Of a stretch of DNA of 64,000 nucleotides, positions 7,481 to 19,724 are shown piece after piece. The notes below the pieces were generated by a model. That model saw only the letters and a program-made list of their open reading frames with translations. It ran no database searches and was not told the origin of the DNA. Origin of the DNA: Pseudomonadota bacterium (GTDB lineage Bacteria; Bdellovibrionota_B; Oligoflexia; Oligoflexales; CAIYRB01); NCBI GenBank assembly GCA_026390445.1, contig JAPLFX010000049.1:10533-74532 (forward strand), written 5' to 3'. Within the stretch, counting starts at the first letter, position 1. Each line of letters opens with the position of its first letter. Both the position numbers and the translations under genes were made by a program.

Positions 7481-8422
7481 ATGAGTACACATGATAAAAC
7501 GCCCCCAGGACGCAGAGGCGCACTAGGCAAAGGTATTTCATCGCTACTGGGCGATGCCGAGATTAGTCAGGATCAGAGCGCAAGCGTCGCTAAAGGTCTG
7601 GCGACCCTCAAGCAGCAGCAAGCAGAGTCCCAGGTCTTGAAGCTAGACGTCAGCACCATCGACCCAAATCCCCACCAGCCGCGTAAGCTCTTTGACGACA
7701 AGGCCTTAAAAGAACTCGCGGCGAGTCTGAAAATCGACGGCGTACTGCAGCCAGTGATCGTCACTAAAGGGGCAAAGCCCGGGCGCTTTATGGTTATTGC
7801 GGGGGAACGCCGCTTGCGCGCCTCCAAGCTTGCTGGTCTGGCCACGATTCCAGCGATTATCAAGGAGGGGGCCTCTGACGATCTTCTGCGGATCGCTCTG
7901 ATCGAAAATATTCAGCGAGCCGATCTCAACATCATGGAGGAGGCTCAAGCATACTCCGCGTTGATCAAAGACTACGGACTAACGCAAGAGCAGTGCGCTG
8001 ACAAGGTCGGGAAGGAACGCTCCACCGTTGCTAACACCCTACGCCTGTTGCTACTGCCTAGGGAGGTCCAAGACGACATACTGGACGGGCGACTGACGAT
8101 GGGCCACGGCCGCGCCATGCTCTCTCTCGAAGAAAAGAAGCTCATCCTTCGCTGCCGGGACATCGTGGTCAAAAAGGGCCTTAGCGTTCGCCAGACCGAA
8201 CAGCTGTGTAAGACGTTTAAGTCGACCGGTGGCGCCACTGAGCCCAAGACCCCGCCAATCCGCGATGAGGCTGATCTACAGTACATCACCGAAAGCTTGC
8301 GTACTTACCTTCATACCAAGGTACGCCTTGCTGGCAGTACCAACCGAGGAAAAATTGAAATTTCGTATTTTTCCGGCGCGGAACTGGAGCGGATTTTAAC
8401 TATGATGGGACACCGCTTGTAG
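7481..8422 (+). CDS. parB: Chromosome partitioning protein ParB/Spo0J
   Basis: GALGKG N-terminal motif, NPHQPRK, AGERRLRA, ALIENIQRADL, HTH RSTVANTLRLL. Confidence 0.98.
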   Translation: MSTHDKTPPGRRGALGKGISSLLGDAEISQDQSASVAKGLATLKQQQAESQVLKLDVSTIDPNPHQPRKLFDDKALKELAASLKIDGVLQPVIVTKGAKPGRFMVIAGERRLRASKLAGLATIPAIIKEGASDDLLRIALIENIQRADLNIMEEAQAYSALIKDYGLTQEQCADKVGKERSTVANTLRLLLLPREVQDDILDGRLTMGHGRAMLSLEEKKLILRCRDIVVKKGLSVRQTEQLCKTFKSTGGATEPKTPPIRDEADLQYITESLRTYLHTKVRLAGSTNRGKIEISYFSGAELERILTMMGHRL

Positions 8423-8608
8423 TCGCCGTTGGTGACAAAACGCCCATGTATCAGTTGCTACCTAGGCCCCCGAGTTGCGGGGCCGCAACATACCCAAACC
8501 AACAGCCGAAATCGTCTTGTTCAGCGGCCTTAAGTGCGCTATGACGAGGCCCCCAGCTATTTTCTGGAACCCATGGTGGTGCAGCTGCACCGAGCACAGG
8601 TGATATAG

Positions 8609-9040
8609 ATGGCAACATTTGTTCTGGTCCCTAATCCTAAAGTTCTCGCCGTTCAGGTCGTCGTGTTCGTGGCTGGCTACTATGCCATCAAGAAGCTCTT
8701 TGTTGAGCCTTACATGGTCATTCGTGATAAGCGCGAGGCCTTGACCGTCGGTAATAAGGATGAGGCTTTGCGTGCCCTAGAGGAAGGCGCTGGCATCGCC
8801 ACGCGCATCGAAGCACGCCTTGCCGCTGTTGGCGCAGAGGCTAAGCAAAGCAGAGAAAAAAAGCGCGACGAGGCACTTGCTCGTCGCGATAGTTTGATCA
8901 GCTTGGCTCAGGAGGCCGCGCGCGCCGAGGTGGCCAAAGTCGAAGGGCTGATCGCAGCGGACTTGGCGACCGAGAGATCTAAAATACCTAATATTATTAG
9001 CACCTTAACCGACGAAGTGTACGCTTTAGCCCTGGCCTAG
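8609..9040 (+). CDS. F0 ATP synthase subunit b'
   Basis: N-terminal TM, KLFVEP..IRDKRE, coiled coil. First of two b-like genes before atpH. Confidence 0.85.
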   Translation: MATFVLVPNPKVLAVQVVVFVAGYYAIKKLFVEPYMVIRDKREALTVGNKDEALRALEEGAGIATRIEARLAAVGAEAKQSREKKRDEALARRDSLISLAQEAARAEVAKVEGLIAADLATERSKIPNIISTLTDEVYALALA

Positions 9041-9061
9041 CAGGAGCGGAGGAAAGACTCA

Positions 9062-9565
9062 GTGGAAGAGCACATTGATACCCTAAAGGGAATCATTTTA
9101 CCGTTCGCCAATTTCTTTATCTTTTTAAGTTTGGCGATCTATTTTTTCCGTAAGCCGGCGCGGGCGGCAGCTGCGGCTAGGCGTGCTGGCTTTGAGAAGT
9201 TAATGGCTGAAGCTCGGGCGGCAAAGGAAGAGGCCTTAGCAAAGTTGGCCGATCTAAAAAAGCGTGAGCTTGCGCTCGAGACCGAGCTAGCTGAAATTCG
9301 CGAAATAGCCCGAAGCACAGCACAGATGGAGTCAGACAAAATACTTGCTGATGCTGAGCGAATGGCCAAACATCTCCAAGCTGAAGCCAAGCGTATTGCA
9401 GAGGCTGAAGTCAACAATGCCAGGCAGAAACTTCGCCGAGAGATCGTCGATGCCGTTCATTCTGGTGTGAGCCAAAAGTTGAAGGTCGAGCTTGGTGTGG
9501 AAGCTCAGCGCCAACTTGTCCGCAGCAAGACTAACGAGATGAAGCAACTCCACGCTGATAATTGA
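9062..9565 (+). CDS. atpF: F0 ATP synthase subunit b
   Basis: NFFIFL..YFFRKP, long coiled coil. Confidence 0.9.
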   Translation: MEEHIDTLKGIILPFANFFIFLSLAIYFFRKPARAAAAARRAGFEKLMAEARAAKEEALAKLADLKKRELALETELAEIREIARSTAQMESDKILADAERMAKHLQAEAKRIAEAEVNNARQKLRREIVDAVHSGVSQKLKVELGVEAQRQLVRSKTNEMKQLHADN

Positions 9566-9575
9566 GGCCTCCTGC

Positions 9576-10136
9576 ATGTCACGCATTGCGAAACGTTATG
9601 CTAAAGCGCTCTTTGAGTTGACCGGAGGAGATTTGGTCAAAGCCAAACGAGAGCGCGATGCCCTTTCTGGACTTAATGAGTTGTTCAAACTAGATGAGTC
9701 CGCACGTGTTCTGCTTAGTCCAGTCATGCCAAAGGATCTGAAGAAAAGCCTCCTCAGCTACGGTACGAAGGAATTCGACGCCGATGATGATGTAAAGCAA
9801 TTGGTTGAGGCTGTGGTTGAGGCTGGTCGCGTTAGCTTTTTGCCCGAGATTTCCCAGGTCTTCTCCGCGTTTATCGATGACGCGGAAGGCATCGTTCAAG
9901 CCCAGGTTGAGTCCGCCGTGGCTCTATCGGCCCAGGAAGATCAGGACATCGTTGCGACCCTGGCGCAGATGTTACATAAGAAAATCGTTCTCAAATCGGC
10001 TGTTAATACTGCACTACTCGGTGGGTTTGTGGTGCGGGTAGGTAACTACCTGATCGATTTGAGCCTTAAATCAAAGCTCGACGGCCTGGCTAAAAGTGCG
10101 GTCCAAGATTCATTCGTTAAGGGAATTCCGTCATGA
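9576..10136 (+). CDS. atpH: F1 subunit delta
   Basis: [29 protein letters not shown]. Confidence 0.95.
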   Translation: MSRIAKRYAKALFELTGGDLVKAKRERDALSGLNELFKLDESARVLLSPVMPKDLKKSLLSYGTKEFDADDDVKQLVEAVVEAGRVSFLPEISQVFSAFIDDAEGIVQAQVESAVALSAQEDQDIVATLAQMLHKKIVLKSAVNTALLGGFVVRVGNYLIDLSLKSKLDGLAKSAVQDSFVKGIPS

Positions 10137-11643
10137 CCACTGAAAAGATTCGGGTAGAAGAAGTCAGCAGAATCATCAGCGAGCGAATCAAAAGCTACGG
10201 CAAAGCCGCTGAGCTCCAGGAAACTGGCACCGTGTTGGCCGTCGGTGACGGGATCGCCCGGGTTTATGGCCTTGAAGGCGCCATGGCTGGGGAAATGGTC
10301 CAGTTTCAAAACGGCACCAAGGGCGTCGTTTTAAACCTCGAGGAAGACAACGTTGGTATCGCTGTCTTCGGTGGAGTTAGTGGGATCGCCGAGGGCGAGA
10401 CCGTCAAACGCTTGCGCGAGATCAACTCCGTGCCAATCGGTGAGGCTCTGCTTGGACGCGTGGTGAACGCGCTCGGCGAGCCGATCGATGGTCAAGGACC
10501 TGTGGCGACGACTGAGACTGGCTTAGTTGAAATCAAGGCCCCAGGCATCATCGACCGAAAGTCGGTCCATGAGCCGCTGCAGACTGGCATCAAAGCAATT
10601 GACGCCATGGTGCCGATTGGCCGTGGTCAGCGCGAATTGATTATCGGTGATCGTCAAACCGGCAAAACTGCACTTTGTGTTGATACGATTATCAATCAAA
10701 GGGGTAAGGATGTCGTTTGTATTTACGTCGCCATCGGTCAGAAGGCGTCAACGGTGGCGCAGGTTGTTGAGCGCTTAAAGCGCTACGGCGCAATGGAATA
10801 CACGATCATCGTCGCCGCGACGGCGATGGATCCGGCACCAATGCAGTTTGTCGCGCCATATTCCGGCTGTCGTATGGCCGAATTCTTCCTGCAAAAGGGC
10901 AAGCACGCGGTTATCTTCTACGATGACTTGTCGAAGCAAGCAGCCGCCTACCGTGAGCTGTCATTGCTGCTTCGTCGTCCTCCTGGTCGCGAGGCTTATC
11001 CTGGTGACGTGTTCTATCTTCACAGCCGCTTGCTTGAGCGTGCGTGCAAGGTCAGCGATAAGTTAGGCGCTGGTTCCATCACTGCATTTCCTGTCGTAGA
11101 GACCCAGGCCGGAGACATTTCCGCCTATATTCCTACCAACGTGATCTCCATTACCGATGGGCAGATCTTTTTGGAAAGCGACTTGTTCTTTTCCGGCGTT
11201 CGCCCTGCTATCAACGCGGGGTTGTCGGTGTCGCGAGTCGGCGGCTCAGCTCAGGTTCCGGCCATGCGTAAAGTCGCTGGTAGCTTGCGCCTCGAGTTGG
11301 CTCAGTATCGCGAATTGGCGGCATTCTCCCAGTTTGGTTCCGATCTTGACCAAGCGACCCAGCGGACACTGCGCCGTGGTGAGCGCTTGGTCGAGATTTT
11401 GAAACAAGGCCAGTATGTTCCTATGCAGGTTGGTCTCGAAGTTGCATCGATCTTCGCAGTGACCAAGGGCTACGTGGACAAACGGGATATCTCTGAAGTT
11501 TTGGGCTGGGAAAAGGGCTTGCACGAGCATTTGACGGCTCGGTACCCACAGATCCTGCAAAAGATTGAAGCGCGCTGCAAACTGGAAGAAGTTCAGGCCG
11601 ATTTGGTCAAGGCGATCGAAGAGTTCGACAAGGGATTTAAGTA

Positions 11644-11644
<1 letters not shown>
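10133..11644 (+). CDS. atpA: F1 subunit alpha
   Basis: [29 protein letters not shown]. Confidence 0.99.
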
Positions 11645-13946
<2,302 letters not shown>

Positions 13947-13958
13947 TAGGCGGTAGTT

Positions 13959-14366
13959 ATGGCCGAGTTGCAAGTTCAAGTATTAACGCCCGCCAAGGTT
14001 GTCGTAAAGACCACCGCTCAGCTCGTGGAGTTGCCCGGAGCGCTCGGATATATGGGTATCTTGCCGGGACACACCCGGATGATTTCCGAGCTGGCTGCTG
14101 GAACGATGACGCTTGGATCGGGTCAGGAGCAGCAAGTCTATTTTATCTCTGGCGGCTACGTCGATGTAAACCAGGACCACGTGACCGTGCTTGCTGACGT
14201 CGTTGAAAGGCCATTGGATATCGATGTGAAGCGGGCCGAGGACGCCAAGGCGCGCGCTCTTAGTCGATTTGTCGATAGTTCAGGCGTCGATATCGCACGG
14301 GCTCAGGCGGCACTGCTGCGGGCGGAGCGCCGCTTGGCTTTGGCGACGACACGGCTAGGCGCGTGA
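13959..14366 (+). CDS. atpC: F1 subunit epsilon
   Basis: GYMGILPGH, ISGGYV, C-terminal helices. Confidence 0.96.
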   Translation: MAELQVQVLTPAKVVVKTTAQLVELPGALGYMGILPGHTRMISELAAGTMTLGSGQEQQVYFISGGYVDVNQDHVTVLADVVERPLDIDVKRAEDAKARALSRFVDSSGVDIARAQAALLRAERRLALATTRLGA

Positions 14367-15478
14367 CGCCAGGCCTATCCCTTTATTGGGACGGCTATGG
14401 CCTTTCGGCCGCTGCGTCAGGGGTTTATGTCCATGCCCGTAATATCGCCACAGGATTGAATCTTTTGGGTGCTCCCCCTGCGGTCATAGGACCCAAGGGG
14501 AGCAGCGCCTTGTTTAGTGATCTGGTGGTGAGTGAACTGCTTGGTCCGGCGAGCCTGACATCGTTAGCCAAACTCAAACCAGTTTGGCCCCAGTTAGTCG
14601 GACAGCGAGTTGCTCGGATGTCGATAGGGCGTCCGTACGTTCTGCACGGACTAAGTAATTTCAACCTTCCAACCCTTGGTAAAGATCGATTTAGGCGCCA
14701 CGTCTTAACGGTTCATGACCTTATTCCATTTTTGGCGACGGATGGCGTATCTAGAGCGTTGCGACTGCAACTAGCTTGGCTGATGCCAAGAGCGCTTAGG
14801 CGGGCTGATTTAGTCGTGTGTGTGTCGCAGTGGACTAGGCGCACCTTGCTTGAAAGATACCCCTTTGTCGCCGACCGCTGCCACGTTATCCCCAATGGAA
14901 TCGATAACTTAAGCACTCCTCGGGGCGCCTGGAGGGCGACTGGAGCCGATACCATTGAGGTGCTCTATGTCGCGCGGTTTGAACCGTACAAACAGCATGC
15001 CTTGCTATTAGAGGTCGTTCGTTCCAGCTCGTTGCCGCTGCGCCTGACCCTAGTGACCGATGTGACTGGCATCAGGACATGCCAAAAGTTAGCACCTGAC
15101 CTGATCCAGTCAGGTCGGCTACATTTTAAGTCGAACTTGACCCAGGCTCAAATCGCAGACGTTCACGCATCCAGCGATATCTACCTGAGCCCTTCCCTTT
15201 ACGAAGGCTTTTGCTTGCCAGCGGCATCATCGCTAGTTGCGGGCAAGCCGGTGGTTTATCTAGCTGGCAGCGGCATTGATGAAGTCGTTGGAGCCTCGGT
15301 TGGTGTACCAATCCCACGAGGCTCTGACCTTGCGGCTTGGGATGAAGCCATCGTGAAGGGCTTAGCTTTGGCCCAGGGACCTGATTACGAGGTCCGGCTG
15401 ACGCAACATCTAGCTTCTATGGTAACCTGGAGTGATGCAGCTAAGCGCCTGCTTTCGCTGTATCATTGTCTAGTTTAA
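14363..15478 (+). CDS. Glycosyltransferase family 4
   Basis: VLTVHDLIP, VCVSQWT, VIPNGID, PSLYEGFCLP. Confidence 0.9.
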   Translation: MTPGLSLYWDGYGLSAAASGVYVHARNIATGLNLLGAPPAVIGPKGSSALFSDLVVSELLGPASLTSLAKLKPVWPQLVGQRVARMSIGRPYVLHGLSNFNLPTLGKDRFRRHVLTVHDLIPFLATDGVSRALRLQLAWLMPRALRRADLVVCVSQWTRRTLLERYPFVADRCHVIPNGIDNLSTPRGAWRATGADTIEVLYVARFEPYKQHALLLEVVRSSSLPLRLTLVTDVTGIRTCQKLAPDLIQSGRLHFKSNLTQAQIADVHASSDIYLSPSLYEGFCLPAASSLVAGKPVVYLAGSGIDEVVGASVGVPIPRGSDLAAWDEAIVKGLALAQGPDYEVRLTQHLASMVTWSDAAKRLLSLYHCLV

Positions 15479-15512
15479 GGCAGCACCAAGAGGGTGCCGT
15501 GAGGAGCTGTCC

Positions 15513-16442
15513 GTGCAAGAAGCAGCCATGATGGTCACTGGTGGATCCGGATGCTTAGGCCAGGCAGTTGTCCGCCAACTGGCATTACGCGGTAGGACGG
15601 TCGTCTCTGTTTACCACCACAAATTGCCGGAATCCTTTGAGCGCGTCTATCCCGTTTGTGTCGACCTTAGCTCTGCGGAGCTCATGGCTGCGCCCCTGCG
15701 TGGTGTGGAAACCGTGGTGCATCTGGCTTGGGGAGGAGGACTGACTGGTCCATCCCAGCCTTTTGCGCACGGCGGCCATTCGCGCCCGCCAGAGACGGCC
15801 AATTTACGCATGTTGAGACATCTTTTGACGGCGATGGAGCGTGCCGGCACCAAGCGACTTATTTTTCTCAGCGCCGCCGGCGCTTCGCGAACCGCTGCAG
15901 CGCCGTTTCTTCGAGAAAAGTACGCTGCGGAAGCGATGCTTTTAAATGCCAAAATCCCGGAGAAATGGATCCTTCGATCGGCGCTGATCTGGGGTGGCAA
16001 CGGCGCCAACGATCGTCTTGTACAAAGTATGTTGCGACTGCTTAGATTTCCTTTGTACCCGCTACCAGGCGCTGACAGGGCTCTTGCCCCCGTGCACCTT
16101 GCCGACATAGCCGAGGTCGTGGTCAACGCCTGTTTCCAGACTCAAGAAAGTGAGGCCGTCCTCCAGGAAGTCCACGGCGGTCAGTCCTATGCGATGGGGC
16201 AGTTGTTTAAAATGGTGTCAGAGCGGTACATCGGTCGGCCACGGCTGGCCTTAGGGGGCATCCTCGGTGAGTCGCTGCTACCACTTTTGGAACGTGACAG
16301 GCGCGGCGCAACAGCAACGACCAAGATGCAGGATCTTTTGGCGATTGGCGTTACCAAGGCAGGGGTTCAGGTAAGTCCATCGATTGGCGGCACAGCAGGT
16401 AAGCGCTTGGCGAGCTTCCAAGAGAGGCTTGCCGAGAGGTGA
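15513..16442 (+). CDS. NAD(P)-binding atypical SDR (NDUFA9-like)
   Basis: VTGGSGCLG Rossmann motif, VVHLA, IFLSAAGA, LAPVHLADIA. Confidence 0.8.
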   Translation: MQEAAMMVTGGSGCLGQAVVRQLALRGRTVVSVYHHKLPESFERVYPVCVDLSSAELMAAPLRGVETVVHLAWGGGLTGPSQPFAHGGHSRPPETANLRMLRHLLTAMERAGTKRLIFLSAAGASRTAAAPFLREKYAAEAMLLNAKIPEKWILRSALIWGGNGANDRLVQSMLRLLRFPLYPLPGADRALAPVHLADIAEVVVNACFQTQESEAVLQEVHGGQSYAMGQLFKMVSERYIGRPRLALGGILGESLLPLLERDRRGATATTKMQDLLAIGVTKAGVQVSPSIGGTAGKRLASFQERLAER

Positions 16443-16473
16443 GTCGCACAGTCAAGTTAGTCCAACGCAACAT

Positions 16474-16508
16474 AAAAAAAGAGCCGCAACCCTGCGGCTC
16501 TTTTCTTT
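16474..16508. terminator. Bidirectional intrinsic terminator between SDR and ftsZ
   Basis: A7-GAGCCGCA-ACCC-TGCGGCTC-TTTTCTTT. Confidence 0.9.
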
Positions 16509-16526
16509 CCCCCTCGGGTAGCGGAT

Positions 16527-18278
16527 TTACTCGAGGGGCAGATCCTTCATGCCGCTTCGCAGAAAGGCCGGTACATCCAAGTCGTCCTCAGCGGCTGTCT
16601 TGCGCGGCGAACGCATACGTTCGGCTAGCTCAAGCGCTTCGTCGATCTTGCGATCGATATCGGTGGCGACAAAGCCACCATGAGCGTCGAAAATACTGCC
16701 AAATGGCGAATCCTTAACGGCTCCTGGGCGCAGGTCAGCAGCCGCCAGAATCGGCCCAGTGGCAGCTAGGTCGCTGCTTCCGTGAGACTTATCGCCGTGG
16801 CTTTCCAGTGGGGCAATAGTCTGAACTGACGGGGTAAACTCAGCCTCGATCAGTGGCTCACGGCGCATGTGCTGTTCGTGACCTAGATGACCATCCGAGG
16901 CTTCCTGAATATGACTGGATTCACCGGCCAGAAAGGACAGGTCCTCGTCGCCAGCAGTTTCTTGGCCGGCGGTTTCAGTTTCGAAATCCAAAGTCCACCG
17001 AGTAAGCTCCTGAGTCTCGTCAAACGAGGCGCCACTCAACGGCTGAACTTCAAACGGCGCTAGCGCTGCCTGGGGGAGTTCAAGTGCCTTTTCAGAATGT
17101 GTCGGAGGATGCTGGAGAAGCGCCGTCGTGTTTGTCTGCTGCTCCGGGACCACTGGTGCCGGAGTTGGGGTGACTTCAAGCCGACTTGTCTCATTCACCG
17201 ACTTGGTCGCTACAGGACTTGCGGGTGTGGTCAAACGGGATGCAAAAGGGGAGGGTAGCGGAGCCGCTGGCCGACTCATCTTGGCGCTGTTAACCGCGTC
17301 GAGTTCGTCTTTGTCGACAGGGAATCCTGTCGCTATGACAGTGACTCGCATTTCGTCGCCAAGGGTGTTGTCGATCACGGCGCCAAAAATGATATTGGCA
17401 TCTTCATGGGCTGCTTCTTGGACGATCGAGCAGGCTTCGCTGACTTCCATGAGACCGACGTCAGACCCAGCAGTGATATTGATCAGGATGCCGGTTGCAC
17501 CTTCGATATCGATGTCTTCAAGCAGCGGCGAGCAAATCGCCATGCGCGCTGCTTTTGTCGCGCGGCCCTCACCGCGAGCGGAGCCAATCCCCATTAGCGC
17601 CTGGCCCATGCAAGACATGATGGTCTTAACATCGGCAAAATCAACGTTGACCTCGCCTGGTACATTGATGATGTCGCTAATACCGCGGACGGCATTCACC
17701 AACACGTCATCAGCCATTTTAAAGGCATCGATCATGCTGAGCGATGGCGACGCCACTTGGAGCAGGCGCTGGTTTGGAATGGTGATCAGGGTGTCGACAC
17801 ATTCTCGCAAGCGGGCAATGCCAAGGTCAGCATGCTTACGGCGGCGCTTGCCCTCAAAGGCGAACGGCTTGGTCACGACGGCTACGGTCAGTGCACCAAG
17901 CTCGCGGGCAATCTGCGCAACCACCGCCGCACCACCGGTACCGGTTCCTCCGCCCATACCAGCGGTGATAAACACCATATCCGCGCCGGATAGAATTTGC
18001 TGGATTTCGTGGCGATCCTCGAGAGCTGCATCGCGACCAATATCGGGGTCAGCGCCCGCCCCCAACCCCCGCGTCAAGGCTTTGCCTACTTGCAACTTAC
18101 TGGTTGCGAGGGAAAATCGCAGAGCTTGAACATCGGTATTTACCGTGATGAAGTCGACGCCATCGAGGCTGCTGCGGATCATGGTGTTTACGGCGTTGCC
18201 GCCGCCCCCGCCAACGCCGATCACCTTTATGCGTGCGGCTGGTCCGGGTGTTGGGACGTTGTCATTTTCAAAAGACAT
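16527..18278 (-). CDS. ftsZ: Cell division protein FtsZ with long C-terminal linker
   Basis: GVGGGGGNAV, GMGGGTGTG, NVDFAD, C-terminal DLDVPAFLR. Confidence 0.99.
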   Translation of the reverse strand: MSFENDNVPTPGPAARIKVIGVGGGGGNAVNTMIRSSLDGVDFITVNTDVQALRFSLATSKLQVGKALTRGLGAGADPDIGRDAALEDRHEIQQILSGADMVFITAGMGGGTGTGGAAVVAQIARELGALTVAVVTKPFAFEGKRRRKHADLGIARLRECVDTLITIPNQRLLQVASPSLSMIDAFKMADDVLVNAVRGISDIINVPGEVNVDFADVKTIMSCMGQALMGIGSARGEGRATKAARMAICSPLLEDIDIEGATGILINITAGSDVGLMEVSEACSIVQEAAHEDANIIFGAVIDNTLGDEMRVTVIATGFPVDKDELDAVNSAKMSRPAAPLPSPFASRLTTPASPVATKSVNETSRLEVTPTPAPVVPEQQTNTTALLQHPPTHSEKALELPQAALAPFEVQPLSGASFDETQELTRWTLDFETETAGQETAGDEDLSFLAGESSHIQEASDGHLGHEQHMRREPLIEAEFTPSVQTIAPLESHGDKSHGSSDLAATGPILAAADLRPGAVKDSPFGSIFDAHGGFVATDIDRKIDEALELAERMRSPRKTAAEDDLDVPAFLRSGMKDLPLE

Positions 18279-18361
18279 GAACGCATCTCCCTCACGGCAA
18301 GGTCTGTGTAGTCCACAGGAACTCGGATAAATCGACGGTAACGATGATGGCAGTATGCATG

Positions 18362-18401
18362 ATTATAGGAATACCCAAGGAAACCTGTCAAATTTCTGAC
18401 A
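18362..18401 (-). promoter_or_regulatory. Internal sigma70 promoter for ftsZ with overlapping palindrome
   Basis: Minus strand TTGACA-N18-TATAAT. TGTCA-N6-TGACA at 18386-18401. Confidence 0.75.
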
Positions 18402-18431
18402 CGGTTTGTCCGGCTGAGCGCACGGCGGTCC

Positions 18432-19673
18432 TTAGCTTAGCTCGCGGATCCAATTGAAGAACTGCCCGATGTAGCGGTTCGTCCATGAGACTTTTCGGGT
18501 TCTTTCCAGATCGCCAAGACGGCCGATCTCGAGGTTTAACAGTCCAATCACGGTAGCGAATTTGGTCGGATGCGGAGAGCGCGCCATAGCCGCCTCAGCG
18601 CTGGCACTTCCGTCCTCGTCGCTTAACATTGGGCGGGCTCGAGCAACCGGGATGTGGAGTCTTGACTGGAAGTATTCGGTGATGCCGATGACGTCAGCGC
18701 CACCCCCTGTTAGGAGTAGACCAGCTCCTAAGGCACCCCGATATGGATAAAGCTCTCGGGCCAATAGCGCGCTAAGCTCCTGAAGCCTGGGCAGTAGCAC
18801 GGGATTGGTATCTGCTTCGCAAACTAGCTTCTCGATGCCCCGGATGTCCGTAACCGTCATTTGATCCCCAGGTCGAGGCTTCACGCCAAACCGCAACTTT
18901 ACGGTTTCGGCGACCTCGTGACTAAGACTAAGGCCGATGGCCAAGTCGTTGGTCATGAGCTTTCCGGCGACATTCACGGTGAAGGCGAAGACGGGCCTTC
19001 CGCCTTTAAAGACAAGTCCATCGGTTGTTCCGCCACCGATATCTGCCATGGCAACGCCGAGTTGTTTGAAGGCGTCGGGCACCGTTACCGAGGCGGAGGC
19101 GAATGGTTCTGAGTAAAGTCGCACGACTTGGAGTCCAGAGTCATTGCAGACGTCGACGATGTCCTTCATGTAATACTTGTCGGCGTCGATTAAAAAGAAC
19201 TCGCCGGTCAAGCTCTTGCCGCGAAAGCCGCGGGGATCATCGATCGATTCGCGGGCATCAACACGGTAGCCGATGGGCACCGTATGTAGTAGCTCCCGGC
19301 CATCGCTCGGCTGATCCGCCTCGACCTGCTCCATGAGGGCAAGCAGGTCTTGCGACGTCACCACAGGACCCTCTAGAAGGCGCGTAGCGCTGACGACGCG
19401 ACTGCCTAGGTGGCTACCGGCAACCCCGACGACCACCCGACTGATGTCGGTGCCAAATTCCTTCTCGGCGAGTTCCAGCAAGGTTCGAAGTGCTGCCTTT
19501 GCTTGCTCGATATTTGCTAGCATACCGCGACGCATGCCGTCGGCAGGCACGCTGACAGTTGCGACACTGTAGCCCGCTTGGCCTGGGGCCTCCCGCAGTG
19601 TCGCCAAGCAAAACTTGGTGGTACCAAGATCCAAGCTAAATAAGTGCTTTAAATGTTTCGCCTTGGGAAGCAT
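18432..19673 (-). CDS. ftsA: Cell division protein FtsA
   Basis: LDLGTTK, DIGGGTTD, LTGGGA, C-terminal amphipathic FFNWIREL. Confidence 0.95.
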   Translation of the reverse strand: MLPKAKHLKHLFSLDLGTTKFCLATLREAPGQAGYSVATVSVPADGMRRGMLANIEQAKAALRTLLELAEKEFGTDISRVVVGVAGSHLGSRVVSATRLLEGPVVTSQDLLALMEQVEADQPSDGRELLHTVPIGYRVDARESIDDPRGFRGKSLTGEFFLIDADKYYMKDIVDVCNDSGLQVVRLYSEPFASASVTVPDAFKQLGVAMADIGGGTTDGLVFKGGRPVFAFTVNVAGKLMTNDLAIGLSLSHEVAETVKLRFGVKPRPGDQMTVTDIRGIEKLVCEADTNPVLLPRLQELSALLARELYPYRGALGAGLLLTGGGADVIGITEYFQSRLHIPVARARPMLSDEDGSASAEAAMARSPHPTKFATVIGLLNLEIGRLGDLERTRKVSWTNRYIGQFFNWIRELS

Positions 19674-19724
19674 GGCGGATCCATCGTGGAAAGTACATGT
19701 TAGTCGGAGCTGCTCCGTTAATCG

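Noticed and set aside
17128-18129. 333-aa antisense ORF over ftsZ (and similar ones over atpD, secA, gmd and the LysM gene)
   Set aside because: Shadow frames of conserved genes produced by codon bias
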